Shown one piece after another: positions 41,435-56,247 of a stretch of 64,000 nucleotides of DNA; positions within the stretch are counted from its first letter, which is position 1, and each line of letters starts with the position of its first letter. Source of the stretch: the human T2T-CHM13v2.0 reference genome, Homo sapiens; the NCBI RefSeq assembly GCF_009914755.1, contig NC_060925.1. One strand, written 5' to 3'. The notes beneath the pieces are model-generated. The model searched no databases. It saw nothing but the letters and a program-made list of their open reading frames with translations, and was not told the origin of the DNA. Made by a program: the position numbers and the translations under genes.

Positions 41435-41853
41435 TGTAACAGTTAAAGAAAGAGGAAAGAAACACAAAAAGCAGCTCAACAGTCAAAGACAGCTTTATTT
41501 TGGAGAGTAAATCTGAGAGGGGCTTCTGGCCGATTTTGGTCAGGGGCATTCTCTCTTACAGTCTAAGGACATTTAAGGGTTTAGGAAGGGGAGAGCTTAG
41601 TGCAGGCTCAGAATGTTTCTATGTGGGGGAAAGTTGATTGAGATGTTGGAATGTCTCTGGTCGGAGCGGAGGCCATCTTGGGGTTGGTGTGTTTCTCGTT
41701 GGAGGGGAGTTTATCTTAGGATTGGAATGTTTCTGGTTATGCTGACATTAGCTATTAGGCTGATGTTTTGGGGCCGGATTTGGGCAGTTTTTAAATCAAG
41801 GTGAACTTAAAATAGTGGTGTTTGTCAAACACGGTGACGCGCCTGCTCTGTCA
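41435..41853 (-). mobile_element. ERV-type solo LTR (probably ERV1 class; family not assigned)
   Basis: ~420 bp with TG...CA ends on the minus strand (starts TGACAGAGCAGG); minus-strand AATAAA ~60 nt from its 3' end; no clear TSD. Confidence 0.65.
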
Positions 41854-42379
41854 GCCCATTGTCTCCTCAGAGACTTAGATGTGTGCTGCTTTCAAATCCA
41901 TTTTAGAGATCAGCAAACTGAGGTTCAGAGACCCAAAGTGACCTATCCAAGGCCATGTGACTGGTCTTTGGAGGCCCTAGACTCAAACACAGGTTGATTT
42001 GGTTCCAGAACTTTACTGTCTTGATTTAGGAGAGTAAGAAACCCAACCTCTGGCAGTCCCAGGAGCCATGGGTGTGGTGGCCTCCATGCCTTCCTCAGAA
42101 CCTCCTGAACCTCCCTTCTTTCCCAGAGAAAGGACTTCTCTTCTTCTGTTTCACTGGATTGCCTCAGGTACAAGGAAGGCAGGAACAGTAGGAGCCCCTG
42201 AACCTCCAGGTTTCCATGGCAATGTGGCAGGGTGGTGGGGCAGCTCGTTATGAGAACATCCTGTGTCCTTTAAGAGATCCTGTGTCCTTTGAGGGAAGGA
42301 ACTTCAGCCCCAGCCCCCACTACAAGGCCTGGCCCCAAGCAGGACCTCCATAGGTGCTTCTTGATGTGCCCAACCCTCC

Positions 42380-43360
42380 CAGGGTAAGTTAAATGTGGTT
42401 GGAAGGTTCTTTGCCACTTCCCCACATTGCGAAGTGGAGTTTATTTTCCTTCCCCTTGAATCTGAGTTGGTCTTTGCTTGAACTGTGGAATATGATGGAA
42501 GGAGTGCTGTGCCAGTTCTGGGCCTGGCAGCTTCTGCTTTCATGCTTTTAGGAACCCTGATCCCAAAAGAAGTCTAGGTACCCTGATGGAGAAATCATGT
42601 GGGCATACTCATGGAGACATAGAGGACCTGAGAGAGAGGCCTGGCACCCCCAGTTGGCCTCACCCAGGCAGCACACACTGGGGAGTCATCTCAGACACTG
42701 CTGCCTGTTCAAGTGGCCAGACGCCATCTTGTCGAGCAGAAGAACTGCCCAGCTGAGCACAGACTCATGAGATCATTACAAAGCTTGCTGTTTTAAGATG
42801 CTCAGTTTTGGGGTGGTTTGTTCTGTGTGACCTCATCTCTCCTCTTTTGGTAGTAAAAGCATCCTTTTGAAATCCCCCCTCACCTGCTAACCTGGTGGGG
42901 ATGCCAATAAAAAACATACACTGTCCCTTCCCCCACAGGAGTGGATGTGGGACCCAGGCCTGATCAGTAAAATGACTCACCCCTGGCAATAGTGATTGGT
43001 CCAGAGATGGGCATGTGGCCCAAAAGGAACCAATCAGGGCCCTTCTCTGGCTTTCACATGTTGATGCTTGTTGGGAGAAGAACTCAGATTTTTCTGGGAT
43101 TGCTAAGTTGGGAAGATGTAAACCCTGAATTGGTGTGGTCATGTCCCCCACTCCATTCCCACCTCTGCTCAGTATGGAGCAGTCCCAGCCACATGAGAGG
43201 GAAGGGGGCCAAAACAGGGACCGAGCAGTGGTGGTGACACCTTTGGGCTCTTTGCGTCTCTGGGCCAGTTCTCCCTCAGGACTTCCCAGTTTCATGAGCC
43301 AATAAATGTTCTTTTTTCCTTAAGTTAGTTTGAGTTGATTTCTGTCACTGCAACTGATGG
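42380..43360 (+). mobile_element. Old MLT1-type LTR fragments (two adjacent)
   Basis: ccccttgaatctgag, agaactgcccagctgagc, gttttggggtggtttgtt, and gagccaataaat..cttaag..agtttgagttg. Confidence 0.6.
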
Positions 43361-44922
43361 GATCCATTTCATGCCAATTCTGTTCTTCTCCTTATCTAGC
43401 TAGAAATAGCACGGGCTGTGCTGTTCTCTGTCTCAGAGGCTCAGTTTTCATGGGGAAGGAAAGAAAATGTACACGTGCTCTGTCATAGGCCCCAGTGTTG
43501 GGTGCTTTCCTCTTTCCTCTTACCAAACACTCACCGCTGCCTTCCAGGGAGGTGCCTCCTGACTGTTTTTCAGGGTAAGATGGTGGCAGGTCAAAGGCTG
43601 AGAGGCAGAAACCCATTGAGGTGGGATCTGCGGTTCAGGATGCCCCCGATTCCCTCTCAAGGTGCGGTGTCCCTGCTCTGGGATAGAATGAAGCAGAGAC
43701 TGGGCGGGGGAGAAGGGGGGAGGAAAGGGAATCCCATTAATTTTTCCAGTCCTAAATCAATTTAATGGGAGCCTCCGATGACTCTGATTTGATTTTTCAT
43801 TTTCAGTATTACAATTATCTGCCCGATATTACCGGCAGCTCAAGCTTGAAATGGGACAACACGGCAGAGGCTGTCAGAAAGGGAATAGTACCAGATTACA
43901 CCAATTATCGAATATTTTGCTAATTAGACACCCAATTCATCACTTTCATTTACAGCAAGGGAAACAAATGCTTTGCACTATCATTGTTATTCTTCCTTGC
44001 TGAGCAGCAGTTGTCACCCCAGCTCTCCTTGGATTTTACATCCCAAGGAGAACTTCAGTTTCAGGATCCTTCATCCCTGCAATACTAGACTGTTTAGAAT
44101 CAGGGAACCCCTGATGTCTACCCTTAGGTCTTCTGGCTGCTCTCTGAGGAGATGGAATGCAGATGGCTCCAATGAACTCAGCCCCATGGGATGACACCGT
44201 GCCAGGATGCAGGATGCATGGTGACAAATTTCAGGTACTCCAACCCAAAGACCAGGTGGCTCAGAGGAGAATCTGTGGAAGGAATCAGGCTGGGAGCTGT
44301 TCAGGGCCAGAAACCTTCCTTCTCTTTTACAGATGGGGGAAACTGAGGCTCAGAGAGGGATACAACTTGGTTAAGGTACCACAGTTGGTTGTGACTGACC
44401 TATGCCTGAACCCCAGCTCTCCTGACCCCTAAGCTGACAGTCTTTCCACCCACTGTGTGTGGCCAATGCGGCCTCAAGGTTGTTTAAATCTCCTCTGCAG
44501 CTGACCATGTTGGTAAATCCGGATCAGAGAGGAAACAGAATCATCCAACATGTACAGGCGCTGGCTCTACCCGTTATCTGCAGGCCCACACATCTGCACG
44601 CTGCCCTTCTTAGCACGTTCATGGGCCTTTCTGCGGGGTCGGAAGATCTGGGTTCAAATGTTACATCTGCTACTCACCAGCTGTGTGACCTTGGCCAAAT
44701 TCATCAACGCTTTGAACCCCAAAAGGAGCAGAGCAGCATGAGAGAAGCTTACGAAAACCAGGCTTGAAAGGTTTAGCTAAAAGAGCCACTTTCCAAATGG
44801 ATGCTCCAGGCTCAGAGAGGGGGGCTTCCGTTGTTTCACTTCAGTGACGAAAATAACTGCTCTGATGTATTGAGGGCCCACTATGTACTCCAGGCAGGTG
44901 CCAAATGCTTTATGTGTGTTTT

Positions 44923-45231
44923 CTGTTTTTTTGTTTTTTGTTTTTTTTTGAGATGGAGTCTTGCTCTTTTGCCCAGGCCGGAGTGCAGTGGCGTGATCTC
45001 AGCTCACTGCAACCTCCGCCCCCTAGGTTCAAGCAATTCTCCTGCCTTAGCCTCCCAGGTAGCTAGGATTACAGGTGCTCACCACCACGCCCGGCTACTT
45101 TTTGTATTTTTAGTAGAGATGGGGTTTCACCATGTTGGCCAGGCTGGTCTCGAACTCCTGACATCAGGTGATCCACCCACCTCAGCCTCCCAAAGTGCTA
45201 GGATTATAGGCGTGAGCCACTGCACCTGGCC
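44923..45231 (-). mobile_element. AluS-type SINE
   Basis: Alu consensus; TSD TATGTGTGTTTT. Confidence 0.97.
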
Positions 45232-47398
45232 TATGTGTGTTTTCTTGCTTAACTAGTGCTGGGAGGCAGAACTGTTATGCTCATTTTACAGCTGAGAAAA
45301 CAGGCTGTCAGAAACCAGGTGACTAGACGCCCGTAGCACATGGCAAAGCCAAGACTGAAGACCCGCTTGCTTCCAGAAACCATTAGGACAACATGGATTC
45401 CCTGGGTCCTTCAGCCTGCCGAGGATAAAATGCTTCTGGGCTGGGGGGACAGTGTGCCCCGGAGGCACTGCTGCCAAAGCCCATTCACCACTTCCTGGCT
45501 CCTGGTCCTCAGAGCTCAGCCCTCAGGATAGTTGCTCCTGGAAACATGGTCAGCTCTGCTCTGATGAACTTCATTATCTTTATCAAATTAATTTACACAA
45601 GCCAGTGTGGCCACCTAATGAGGTCATTTCCCAGGGCCCTGTGCAGGCTGCTTAATGAGGCAGGAGTGGCTGGACTCAGGTACCAAGTGTCCTGGAGTGG
45701 AGGAGAGTGGAGCTGTCAGCGTGACTGTGACTGCTGTGGGCTTCCCGCTCTGTCCTCGTTCAGGGCTGTGAATGATCACCGCTGGTCATTTCCTCCTTCC
45801 CCCTGCGAAAGTCCTCACTTTGCCAGGTGCCAGTTTATCACTCCAGGACTTCTTGAGCAGGCGGATGTGCTGCGACCTGCAGTACCTGGGAGGCCTTTTT
45901 ATTCTAGCACAGACAGATTCCTTGCTCCAAGCTCCTCCTTGTTAATTTTGTAAGTGACTGAGATATGACTTTCTTTTGTGCCTGCTAATGGCTCAGCCCT
46001 GCAGCAGAATGCCCCCAATTTGGTAAATGAACTTCTTTTCTTTCTGTAAATGAGATTTTTAAGATGGGAGGAGAAGACAGGCGAGACTGAAAGTTGAGAG
46101 GCCAATACGGAGCTGTGGCGGCTCCAGGTGAGCGAGGGTGGCTGTCATTATGGGAAGGAAGACAGGGAGCTGCCGGGAGGCCTGCTCCTTAGGAGGAGTG
46201 GGGGACGGGGTGCAGGTAGCCTCATTTCCGGCTTGAGCAACTGGACAGAGAGTGGTCAGCCTTGCCAATTCATTCATTCATTCATTCACTCATTCACTCA
46301 CTCACCAAATACACATGTGAATATCCACACATATGCCCACCTATTGTATGCCAGGCCGTGGGTGCCAAGTACCGTTCATAAAGCCATGAACAAAACAGAC
46401 CAAACCCCTGTCTTCACAGACCCAACATTCTAGTAAGAATTTAGGCTTAAACTTCTCACTTAGAATCTTAAAATTTTGAGTCTTGGTTTCACCCAATCTT
46501 AAAACCAGAGACTCTTCACTGTGACTGTTATTAACTTGCACCCAGTGAGCACAGACCTCATGCATCGTCTCCCTCAGTCCTCGCAACGACTGTGTGATGG
46601 ATCCTAGGATTGTCCCCATTTTACAGATGATGCCATTGAGGCCTAAGGAGAGCAAGTTACTTTGGCCAAGTTCACACGACCCTGCAGCCAGGATTTGGCC
46701 CAGGCCTATCAGACACCTCTGTCCCCCTTTGCTGCCTCTTTCATCTCACAAATTGGGGTAACTTTCAACAGGCACCCCAGAGTTGGAAGGGACTGTCCTC
46801 CCTGCCTGCAGAATCTGCTGTGGTATCTCTTGGATGAGGCCATGCAGCCCCCACCTGGCTCCACGTTCATTCTTGTCCTGATCCTCAAGCACTCAGGGCC
46901 TCGCCTCTCTGCCCAAGCCCCTTCCTCACCATGCCAGCTACTTCCATCCCCACTTGACTGGGTGCTTCTCTTCCTCACTCAGCCAGACTCTTGCAGCTGG
47001 CACCCCTGAGTCCCCCACTCTTTGCCTTCACCCCTTCTCCCAGCCTGCTGGATCAGCTTATGTTGCGGTAGAGCCGTCCCTGGTCACAGGAAGGAGGGAA
47101 TAATGACAGCAAAAACAATAGCTCTGTGGCAGGCTGAGCATACACCGTGCCCTGCCTCACTGAATTCTCCCAGGTGAGTACTGTCATTATTTCCATTTGA
47201 CAGTGCAGGGAATGAGGCTCAGGGAAGGGAAGTGTCTTGCCCAGGGGCACACAGATAGTAAATGGCAGAGGTGGGAATGGAACCCCGGACCGTGGCTCCA
47301 GAGTCCACATGCATAACCAGTGATGATGTGGGGAGTCTGGAAGCTGGGCTTCTCCCAGGAGAACTCCCAACTCAGCGATGCTCCGTAAGATGGGCCCA

Positions 47399-47719
47399 GG
47401 TCAGACACAGTGGCTCATGCCTATAATCCCAGCACTTTGGGAGGCAGGAGGCAGAGGCAGAGGCAAGAGGATCACTTGAGCCCAGGAGTTCGAGACCAGC
47501 CTGGTGAACATATTGAGACCCTGTCTCTAGAAATAATTTAAAAAATTAGCTGGGCATGGTGGCATGTGCCTTTAGTCCCAGCTCCTCAGGAGGCTGAGGT
47601 GGGAGGATTGCTTGAGTCCAGGAAGTTTGAGGCTGCAGCGAGCTATGATTATGCCACTGCACTATGACCTGGGTGACTGAATGAGATCCTGACACTAGAG
47701 AAAAAAAAAAAAAAGAAAA
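47399..47719 (+). mobile_element. AluJ-like SINE
   Basis: Alu consensus; TSD AAGATGGGCC; small gaggca expansion. Confidence 0.95.
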
Positions 47720-47938
47720 GATGGGCCTGATCTGTAAACAGCTGCCTGATTTGCAGTGAAGGGAGGCAGGGAAGAAGGCTGGAGTGGCCTGCTGATGGAA
47801 CAGCCTGCTGATAGAGTAGCTGGCCGCTGCTCAGCAGCAAAGAACTCTGTGGCCAACGCCTCCTTCCTGAGGACTCAGGAGGCCAGAAGTCCCACAAATG
47901 TTACTGGAGTCTCATTTCACTGTGATTCTCCCATCTGA

Positions 47939-48433
<495 letters not shown>

Positions 48434-48553
48434 TAAAATTATCATGACTCTCTTGGTTTACTTTTTTTTTTACTTGCGTGTTTTTTTTTCCCTTCCTCTA
48501 GAATGTAAGCTCCAGGAGGGCAAGGACTTCATCTTGTTCACTTGAAGCTGAAG

Positions 48554-48670
48554 CCCCAGCATGTACAATCCCGTGCTGAGTTGCTGGTTCATCCCCAGCA
48601 TGTACAATCCCGTGCTGAGTTGCTGGTTCATCCCCAACATGTACAATTCCGTGCTGGGTCGCTGGTTCAC
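48554..48670. repeat. 3 x 39-bp tandem repeat CCCCAGCATGTACAATCCCGTGCTGAGTTGCTGGTTCAT
   Basis: Units start at 48554, 48593 and 48632. Confidence 0.95.
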
Positions 48671-50360
48671 CAGCAGAGAGGAGCATTGATTCTCTTTGGA
48701 AAAGATAATCTATCTACACCCCTGGAACTGTGGCACAGTCTCACGGAGGGCCTGCTTCCATTCGGGTCAACGGCGAAAAAACGAATAAACGTGAGCCGCC
48801 ATCAGGTAGGGTGAGATGCCCCTTCTTTCTGTCCCAGCCTTAGTGCTGCCATGGCTGCCTCCTGCTCCTCCACGCAAGCCCCACCTCTGTCTGTGATGTC
48901 AGCGTGGCTGCCCATGGGATCCCAGCCTGGTTTGCCTTTAAATTTTACAACCTTGTTTATGCAGCTCGAGGCCCATGCACTAAAGACCACACGCTCCATT
49001 GAACATTTATGGCTGCAAATGGCTCCTCCGTGCAGGCAAGGGAGGGGGCTGCGCATGCTTAGGGTGAGGCGGCTGGAACGGGGAGGCCACCAGCTCTCAG
49101 CCTCCACTTCTTCCTCTTAGGATTCCTCCCTTGGCTGAGGCTGACTCCCTCAGTCTTATTCCTGATGACATTGCTCTGTTCACACTGTCCAAGTCCATAT
49201 CTGGGCACTGCTAGGCATGAGATAGAAGTGAACAGATGTTAGTCACTGTCTTAGGTGGCTGCAACGGGGCATAAAGATTTGGGTACAATCGGTGCTCCCA
49301 GGAGAAAGAGCAAGGGAGTAGGGAAAGTGGGGGAGGTGCTGGGGAGGTGGGAGCAGCCAAGCCAGGGTGTGATTTCCAGAAAAGCCCCAGAGAGAGTGGC
49401 CTCAGCCTCATACCATAGGGCACTCTGGAGTTGGTCCTGACTCGGGGGCCTGTCAGTCATCGGCCAAGGGCCAGGCTTTGGGGTGTCGACTCCCACACAG
49501 CTCAGCTCCCTGAAGATGTGGGCACGGTGGTGGTGGGGGCTGCTGAAGAGTTGCAGATGCAGCCACTGGAGGGGAGGCTGAGGTCAGTAGCCAGGCTCAC
49601 AGGGACGACAATGGGATGGGAAGCAACACCTGACGGGCTCAGCTACAGGTGCTGACGGATTCACAGGCAGGTGGCAGAAGGCAGTCAAATAAATGAGACA
49701 ATACAGCGCCCTCCCTGCGACCACACACACCGCTCACGCCTGTGAGTGTTCGGAATGCATTGGGTCTCATTCTGCGTGTTGTACGTGTCCCGTGACGCCT
49801 CATGAGGATGCTCTCTGGCAGGCACTGGTATTGTTATTCTTATTTTACAGGTGAGGACATGGAAGCACAGGGAGGTTATGCCACTCGCCCAAAGACAACT
49901 AATCAGTGACAGCTGAGACTTGGACTGCAGAACCTACACTTTATAACTATTTTACAGTTCTGGGCGTCACGGAATCTTGCATGAAGAGCCCCTAACCTGG
50001 CCCGGGTGGAGGTCAGGGAGGTCTTCCTGGAAGAGGGGGTTCTTGGCAGCAACTTGCTGGATTTGGTGTTCCCTGTTGGTTGGTCAGTCGCTAGACAGTT
50101 ATTCACTGAGCTCTGAGAACAGGCTGGGCCCTGCTCCAGGCCTTGGTTGGACAGCAGGGAACAAGGCTGGGGGAAATGACTCCCGAGAAAATGGACATGT
50201 GTGACCCTGGGTTCTGGGAAGGCAGGGAGGGAAGACAAGTACCAGAGGCACAGCGAGGGTCTCTCTGGAGCCACAGGGAGAGGGGAGGGATGCACAGGCC
50301 TGGTGTGCTGCAGGGCCTGAGCCTGTGGCTGCTTCTGGCCAGGAAAGAAGCCAACGTTAC

Positions 50361-50491
50361 TTAAAGAAGTTATTCATGTAACCAAATACCACCTGTTCCC
50401 CAAAACCCTATGGAAATAAAAAATTAAAAAAAATAAAAAAGAGTAAGCAACAACAAAATAAATAAATAAATAAATTTAAAAAATAATAAAA
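50361..50491 (+). mobile_element. Severely 5'-truncated L1 (L1PB-like) 3' end with poly-A
   Basis: catgtaaccaaataccacctgttccccaaaaccctatggaaataaaaaa plus A-rich tail; degenerate TSD aaagaagccaacgttac / aaagaaacccacattac. Confidence 0.8.
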
Positions 50492-52789
50492 AAAGAAACC
50501 CACATTACCAAGTGTTTGCGAAGTGCCAGGAGCCACCCTAAAAACAGTCCTGTGGGGTGCAGCCATTGTCATCTGCAGTTTCAGATGAGGAGGCGGGGTT
50601 GCAGAGGTGAAGGTGCTGCTGGTGGTGTGGCTGGTTGGTGGCTGAGCCGGGGGCTGGATATGTTGCTGGGAGGAACAGAGGAGACCCTGGGGGATCGATA
50701 GTTGTGGGGAGAGAGGAAGGCTGAGGAGGGGAAGGGACGTCAAGTTAAATTGCTTTTAGAGGTGCTGGGTGTCTGCAGAGATGGTTCCCCCATCATCGCA
50801 AGGTGCTTGTAAATTGTCGCCTCTGCCTCCGATAGCCTCCTCGGAGGAGAGAGAGTGTCTGGCTTCCTCACCTTGGTGTTTCTGCATCCTGAGAAACTCG
50901 CCGCCTGGAAGCTCCAGACCCTCCCCACCTTGTCAGACACAGGCTTTGCTGGGAAGGGCCTCCAGCCTCGGGCTTTGCAGCAGAAGCTCAGAGCTGCCTG
51001 GGGGGACCAGAAGGTGGGAACAGACCTGGGATCTAACTTCTACAGAGCCTCCTGCTGGCTGGGGAACAGGAACATATCATGCGCCTCTATAAGCCTCAGT
51101 TTCCTCATCCGTCCAATGGCTATGCTAAGCCTCTCAGGCCTGCCCTGGCCTTGCAGAGAGGGTAGGAGACCAGGATTTCCCATCTCAGGCCTCAGAGACA
51201 AATGTGGGTGCCAAACACTGCCTGACTCAGTGTAGGCAGCCCTGGTCCCCATTGGGCAGGGCCTTTGAGGGAGGGCGGGCAGAGGGGTGCCCAGCTGCCT
51301 ATGTCCTCTGAGAAGGAGGCTCCTGGTGCCGGGAAAGAGTGTGGACTCTAAGTCTAATTGGCTTTCTCTGCCCAGCTGTGGGGCCTTGGGTGAGCCACAC
51401 AATTCTCGGAGACCCAGTTTCTGCAGTGGTTTTGCTGAGTCACCAGGAAGCCTGTTTTCTGGTGTCCGAGGTGAGGGAATCCCCCTCAGTATCTCTTTTT
51501 GGATCAATTTCTGGAATATTCTAGGTCTTTCTAGGCCTTTTTAGGCCCTTAGCCACTGCCCCCGCTGTGTGCTCACAGCCTGTGTGGGAGTTGGGAGGGG
51601 GCTCCTACTGGACCTAAAGGAACTGCCTTGAGGGGAGGATGTGAAGTCAGGGGCAGAGGCTCCTCACCCTCCTGTCCAGCTTCCCAGGAGCCAGAGGCCG
51701 GAACCCCAGACTGAGAGGCCTCGACTCCTCAGCCTTTTCTCCCCCACCTGCCTAGGCCTCCTCCTCACCAATCCTCTTGGCCATTTACTCTTCATCAGCT
51801 CCACCATTTCTTTCTCTCAAGCTGCAGCAACCAGAACTGAGGTCTAACTGTATATCAATCACGCCAACAATAACCATAATGAAGTCGATGTTTGCTCCTG
51901 AACCCTTAGTCCTGTCTGCTCGGGGGGTTGCCTTTGTCACTTCTCCCATTGGGTGAATCACCAGCTCACCGATGCCCCTCACCATCTTGAATGCCAGCTC
52001 AGGCCTGTGTAGAGAGCCTGGACCCTGGTGTCAGACAGACTTGGGCTCTGACGCGGGTCCTGGCACCTGCCACGGTGACCCTGGGGCCTTTGACCTCCCC
52101 ATACCAGGCCTTAGTTTCTTCATTGGTCAAAACTGGAGCATGGTGATGGCCTCCTGCTGGGTGTTATGCTTCTTAGACGCAGCAGGGCTTATGATTCACG
52201 CATCTAGGAGAGTGTGGGGCACTTGGCCCATCTGCCCACTGCAGAGCTAAGCCATGTGTCCTCACTCCTGTCCTTAGAGAACTTGCTCCTGGGTTCAAGG
52301 AGGCAAAACACAAAACACAGTTGACCATTAAGTGATAATTCAGATCGGTGTGGTAGACACAGAAGGCAACTCAAACCCTCCCCTACCCCCAAGGAGCTCA
52401 TAGCCAAGCATGGGAGATAGGAAACAACATCTTTAATAAAATTACGGTCACAACATCTTTAATAATTACTAAATATTGAGTATTTATTACGGGCTAGGAA
52501 ATGTAAAGAGCTTTACATGGATTTTATTTTAATTCTTACAAACGATGAGAAGACAGATGTTATTATCCTTAATTACAGCTAGGCAAACTGAGCCTCAGAG
52601 AGGTAAAGTCCCTTGCCCAGGTTCACACAGCAGAGCACAGAGCAGATGGAACTGAGCTTTGAACCCAGATCTGCCTGATATGGAGGCCCATGCTCTTAGT
52701 TTGCCTGCTCTATCCCTCTGTGCACAAGTCTGTGATCTTCCAAATGACATTTCTGTGCCAAACCGGGCCCTGTTTTCTGCATTAATACC

Positions 52790-53230
52790 CATCCCGATTA
52801 CTGCAGTTTTAGTTGCAAATGTCAGAAAATCCAATTCAAAGGACTTAAATAATAAAGAGAATTCACTGGCTTACATAACTGAAAAACAGGTAGTGTCTGC
52901 TTCAGGCAAGGATTGATCCAGCTGCAATGCATTGATTGGTATGAATAGGACCAGTGAGTTTTCTTTTTCTCCATTTCTAGGCTCTGCTTCCTCAGTGTCA
53001 GCATCATTCACAGCAGGCATGTCCCTCCTGCCTCCAAGAGAGTCACCAGCAGCTTCCTCCTCCACATCTGTGAGTAAATGAGAGGGTCTATTCCACCCAA
53101 TAACTCAAATCCCAGTTTCAGGATTTGACCTGTGGTTGGTCAGACTAGGGACACAAGCCCATTCCTGAGCCAATCACTGTGGCTGAAGAGGTGGGAGACA
53201 CTGATTGGTCTAAGCCAGTCAAGCACTCTC
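52790..53230 (-). mobile_element. MLT1J/K-like LTR fragment
   Basis: tagttgcaaatgtcagaaaatccaattcaaa..cttaaat..ctggcttacataactgaaaa. Confidence 0.6.
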
Positions 53231-53367
53231 AAGGCCAAAGTGCATGGGCAAGAAATTTAGGACAAGGGGAGGAAGAAAGAAAAGAAAAGAGAATATCAAG
53301 GAGGCAAATGACAAATAAATACCCACTCCTTTCTTCCCACGAGAGAGATATTATTCCCCCCATTTCA

Positions 53368-54010
<643 letters not shown>

Positions 54011-55937
54011 TTATTCCTGCCTGATAACATAGAAATTAATATGAGCTTTCTGGAAGTGAGAGCTTCTACATTGTTTTAAGAGTCTTGAGCATTTTGTACC
54101 CTTTGACTTCCAGAAATTTTATTTCCAGGAATTCATGTTCAGATAATGGGAGAGATGGACATTGAATGATATATAAAGCCATCCACGGCTGTGTTACTCA
54201 TAGCGGGGAAAACCTGGCACCACCGTGATCTTGATTTTTTATGCTTACATGTCATTAGTATCCATCTCAGTCTGCCAACTGCCATGTGTAAGAAAAATGC
54301 AACCCTCTTTATTGTTCTAGAACTGAGTTTAATTTTTATTTCAAGACTCTGAGATGACCAAGTGGCAAAAACCTAGTCTCTGTCAGCTCAGGGACCCCCA
54401 CCACATTTCCCCCTTTGGACTGCATCTTGCACTGGCACCTATGAGGTTCTTGGTGTGGTGTGGTTGTCAGTCTTTGATCTGTTTGGCCACCGCCTGTGCC
54501 TCTCCATTCCTGATCCTACAGGCTCTTCTGGTCCCACGGTTCTCTGTGTATAGAAAACATTCTCTGTCTGGGTTGTGAGAATGCGGCAGGCAGTCAGGCC
54601 CTCTGCGTGGACCCCACAGGTGGTCAGGCAGTCTTTTCTTCTGCTCTCATGCTGTGCTGACGCAGGGACTTTGGGGTCTCCTTGCTTCCTTTGGGATTGG
54701 CAGCATAGACTCCCTCTGTCTCAGATCCCCACGCTTTCATGGAGGTCTGGGGATTCCTTAGCTGGCTTGTGGTAATAACCATTGCTTTTAAACGAACCTC
54801 CTGATTTCTTCCACATCTTCTGCCTGTGTCAGAAGCTAGGCAGTTAGCACAGAATGCCCCAGCTTTCTGAACTTTTTGGGGGTGGGGTGGTACACGAAGA
54901 AGACTCTGGAGGAACCTTGGTTAGAACCCCAAATAAGAACAGCTAGTATTTATTGAGCATTTGCTAGGTGCCAGACCCTATTCTAACTGATTTACGTGGA
55001 TTTGCTCAGTTATTTGTTGTGAAACCTTCTTTGATAGTGGAAGAAACTAAAGCACAGACAGGGGAATCACTCATCCAAGGCCACACAGTTGGGAACGGTA
55101 GGACGGGGCTTTGAACCTAGGCAGTCCAGTTCCACACTTTCTGCTCCCAATCATTCTCTCCCGTGGCCAGCAGGGGCCGTGAGGGGTGTTGGTGCTGAGA
55201 GCAGGGCTGGAGAGGTTTGGGGGCTCAGAGCTGGTCTGGAGGAAGAAAGAAGTTCAGGGTCAGCCCCCTTTCCTGCTCCCTGCTGCTGTGAACTGCCTGC
55301 GCCTGGAAAGGGCTGAGCCACTCTGAGAAGTTCATGGGCCAATGTTCTGCTGCAGCAACTAAATCTCCAGCCCACTGGCCTTGACCTTGGCTCTGCCTGT
55401 GGAGTTGCTGAATGATCCACCTTGAGGCTTCTTGCAGCAGATGCATTTTGCATGGGGGCCTTGGAGGCTAGCTAGCTCCTTCCATGGTGGGGCTGGGAAA
55501 TCCAGCCTCCTTCCACCCCTACATCCAGCCCCACTCCTGTCTGAGGTGCGGGGTGGAATCCTGAGCACCTACTGTTGTGTTCTCTCTCTATATGCCATCT
55601 CATCGGATCTTCCCACCAGCCCTATGTGATGATTCACCTTAAATAGTTGAGAAAACAGCCTCAGAGAGGTGAAGACACTTACCCCCGTCACACAGCCAGT
55701 GAGAGGGGCAGCGTGGGGTTGAACCTCCCCGACTCATGCTCATCTCACTCCATTAGGGGGCGTGAATAGGAGGTGTGGTCCCTGCTCTTAGACTTCTAGC
55801 ACTGACAGGGTCCTTTGGGGAATGAGGCCAGAGTTTGGGTTATGAGGTTCGAGGTGAAGAGGCGACAAGGGCTTAGCTCTTTGCTAATGAATCCAGGAAA
55901 GCTTTCTGTAGGGATTCTTTTTAAAGGACCTGTTTGA

Positions 55938-56247
<310 letters not shown>

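Noticed and set aside
49704-49722. CTCF-like cagcgccctccctgcg
   Set aside because: Mismatches at several core positions
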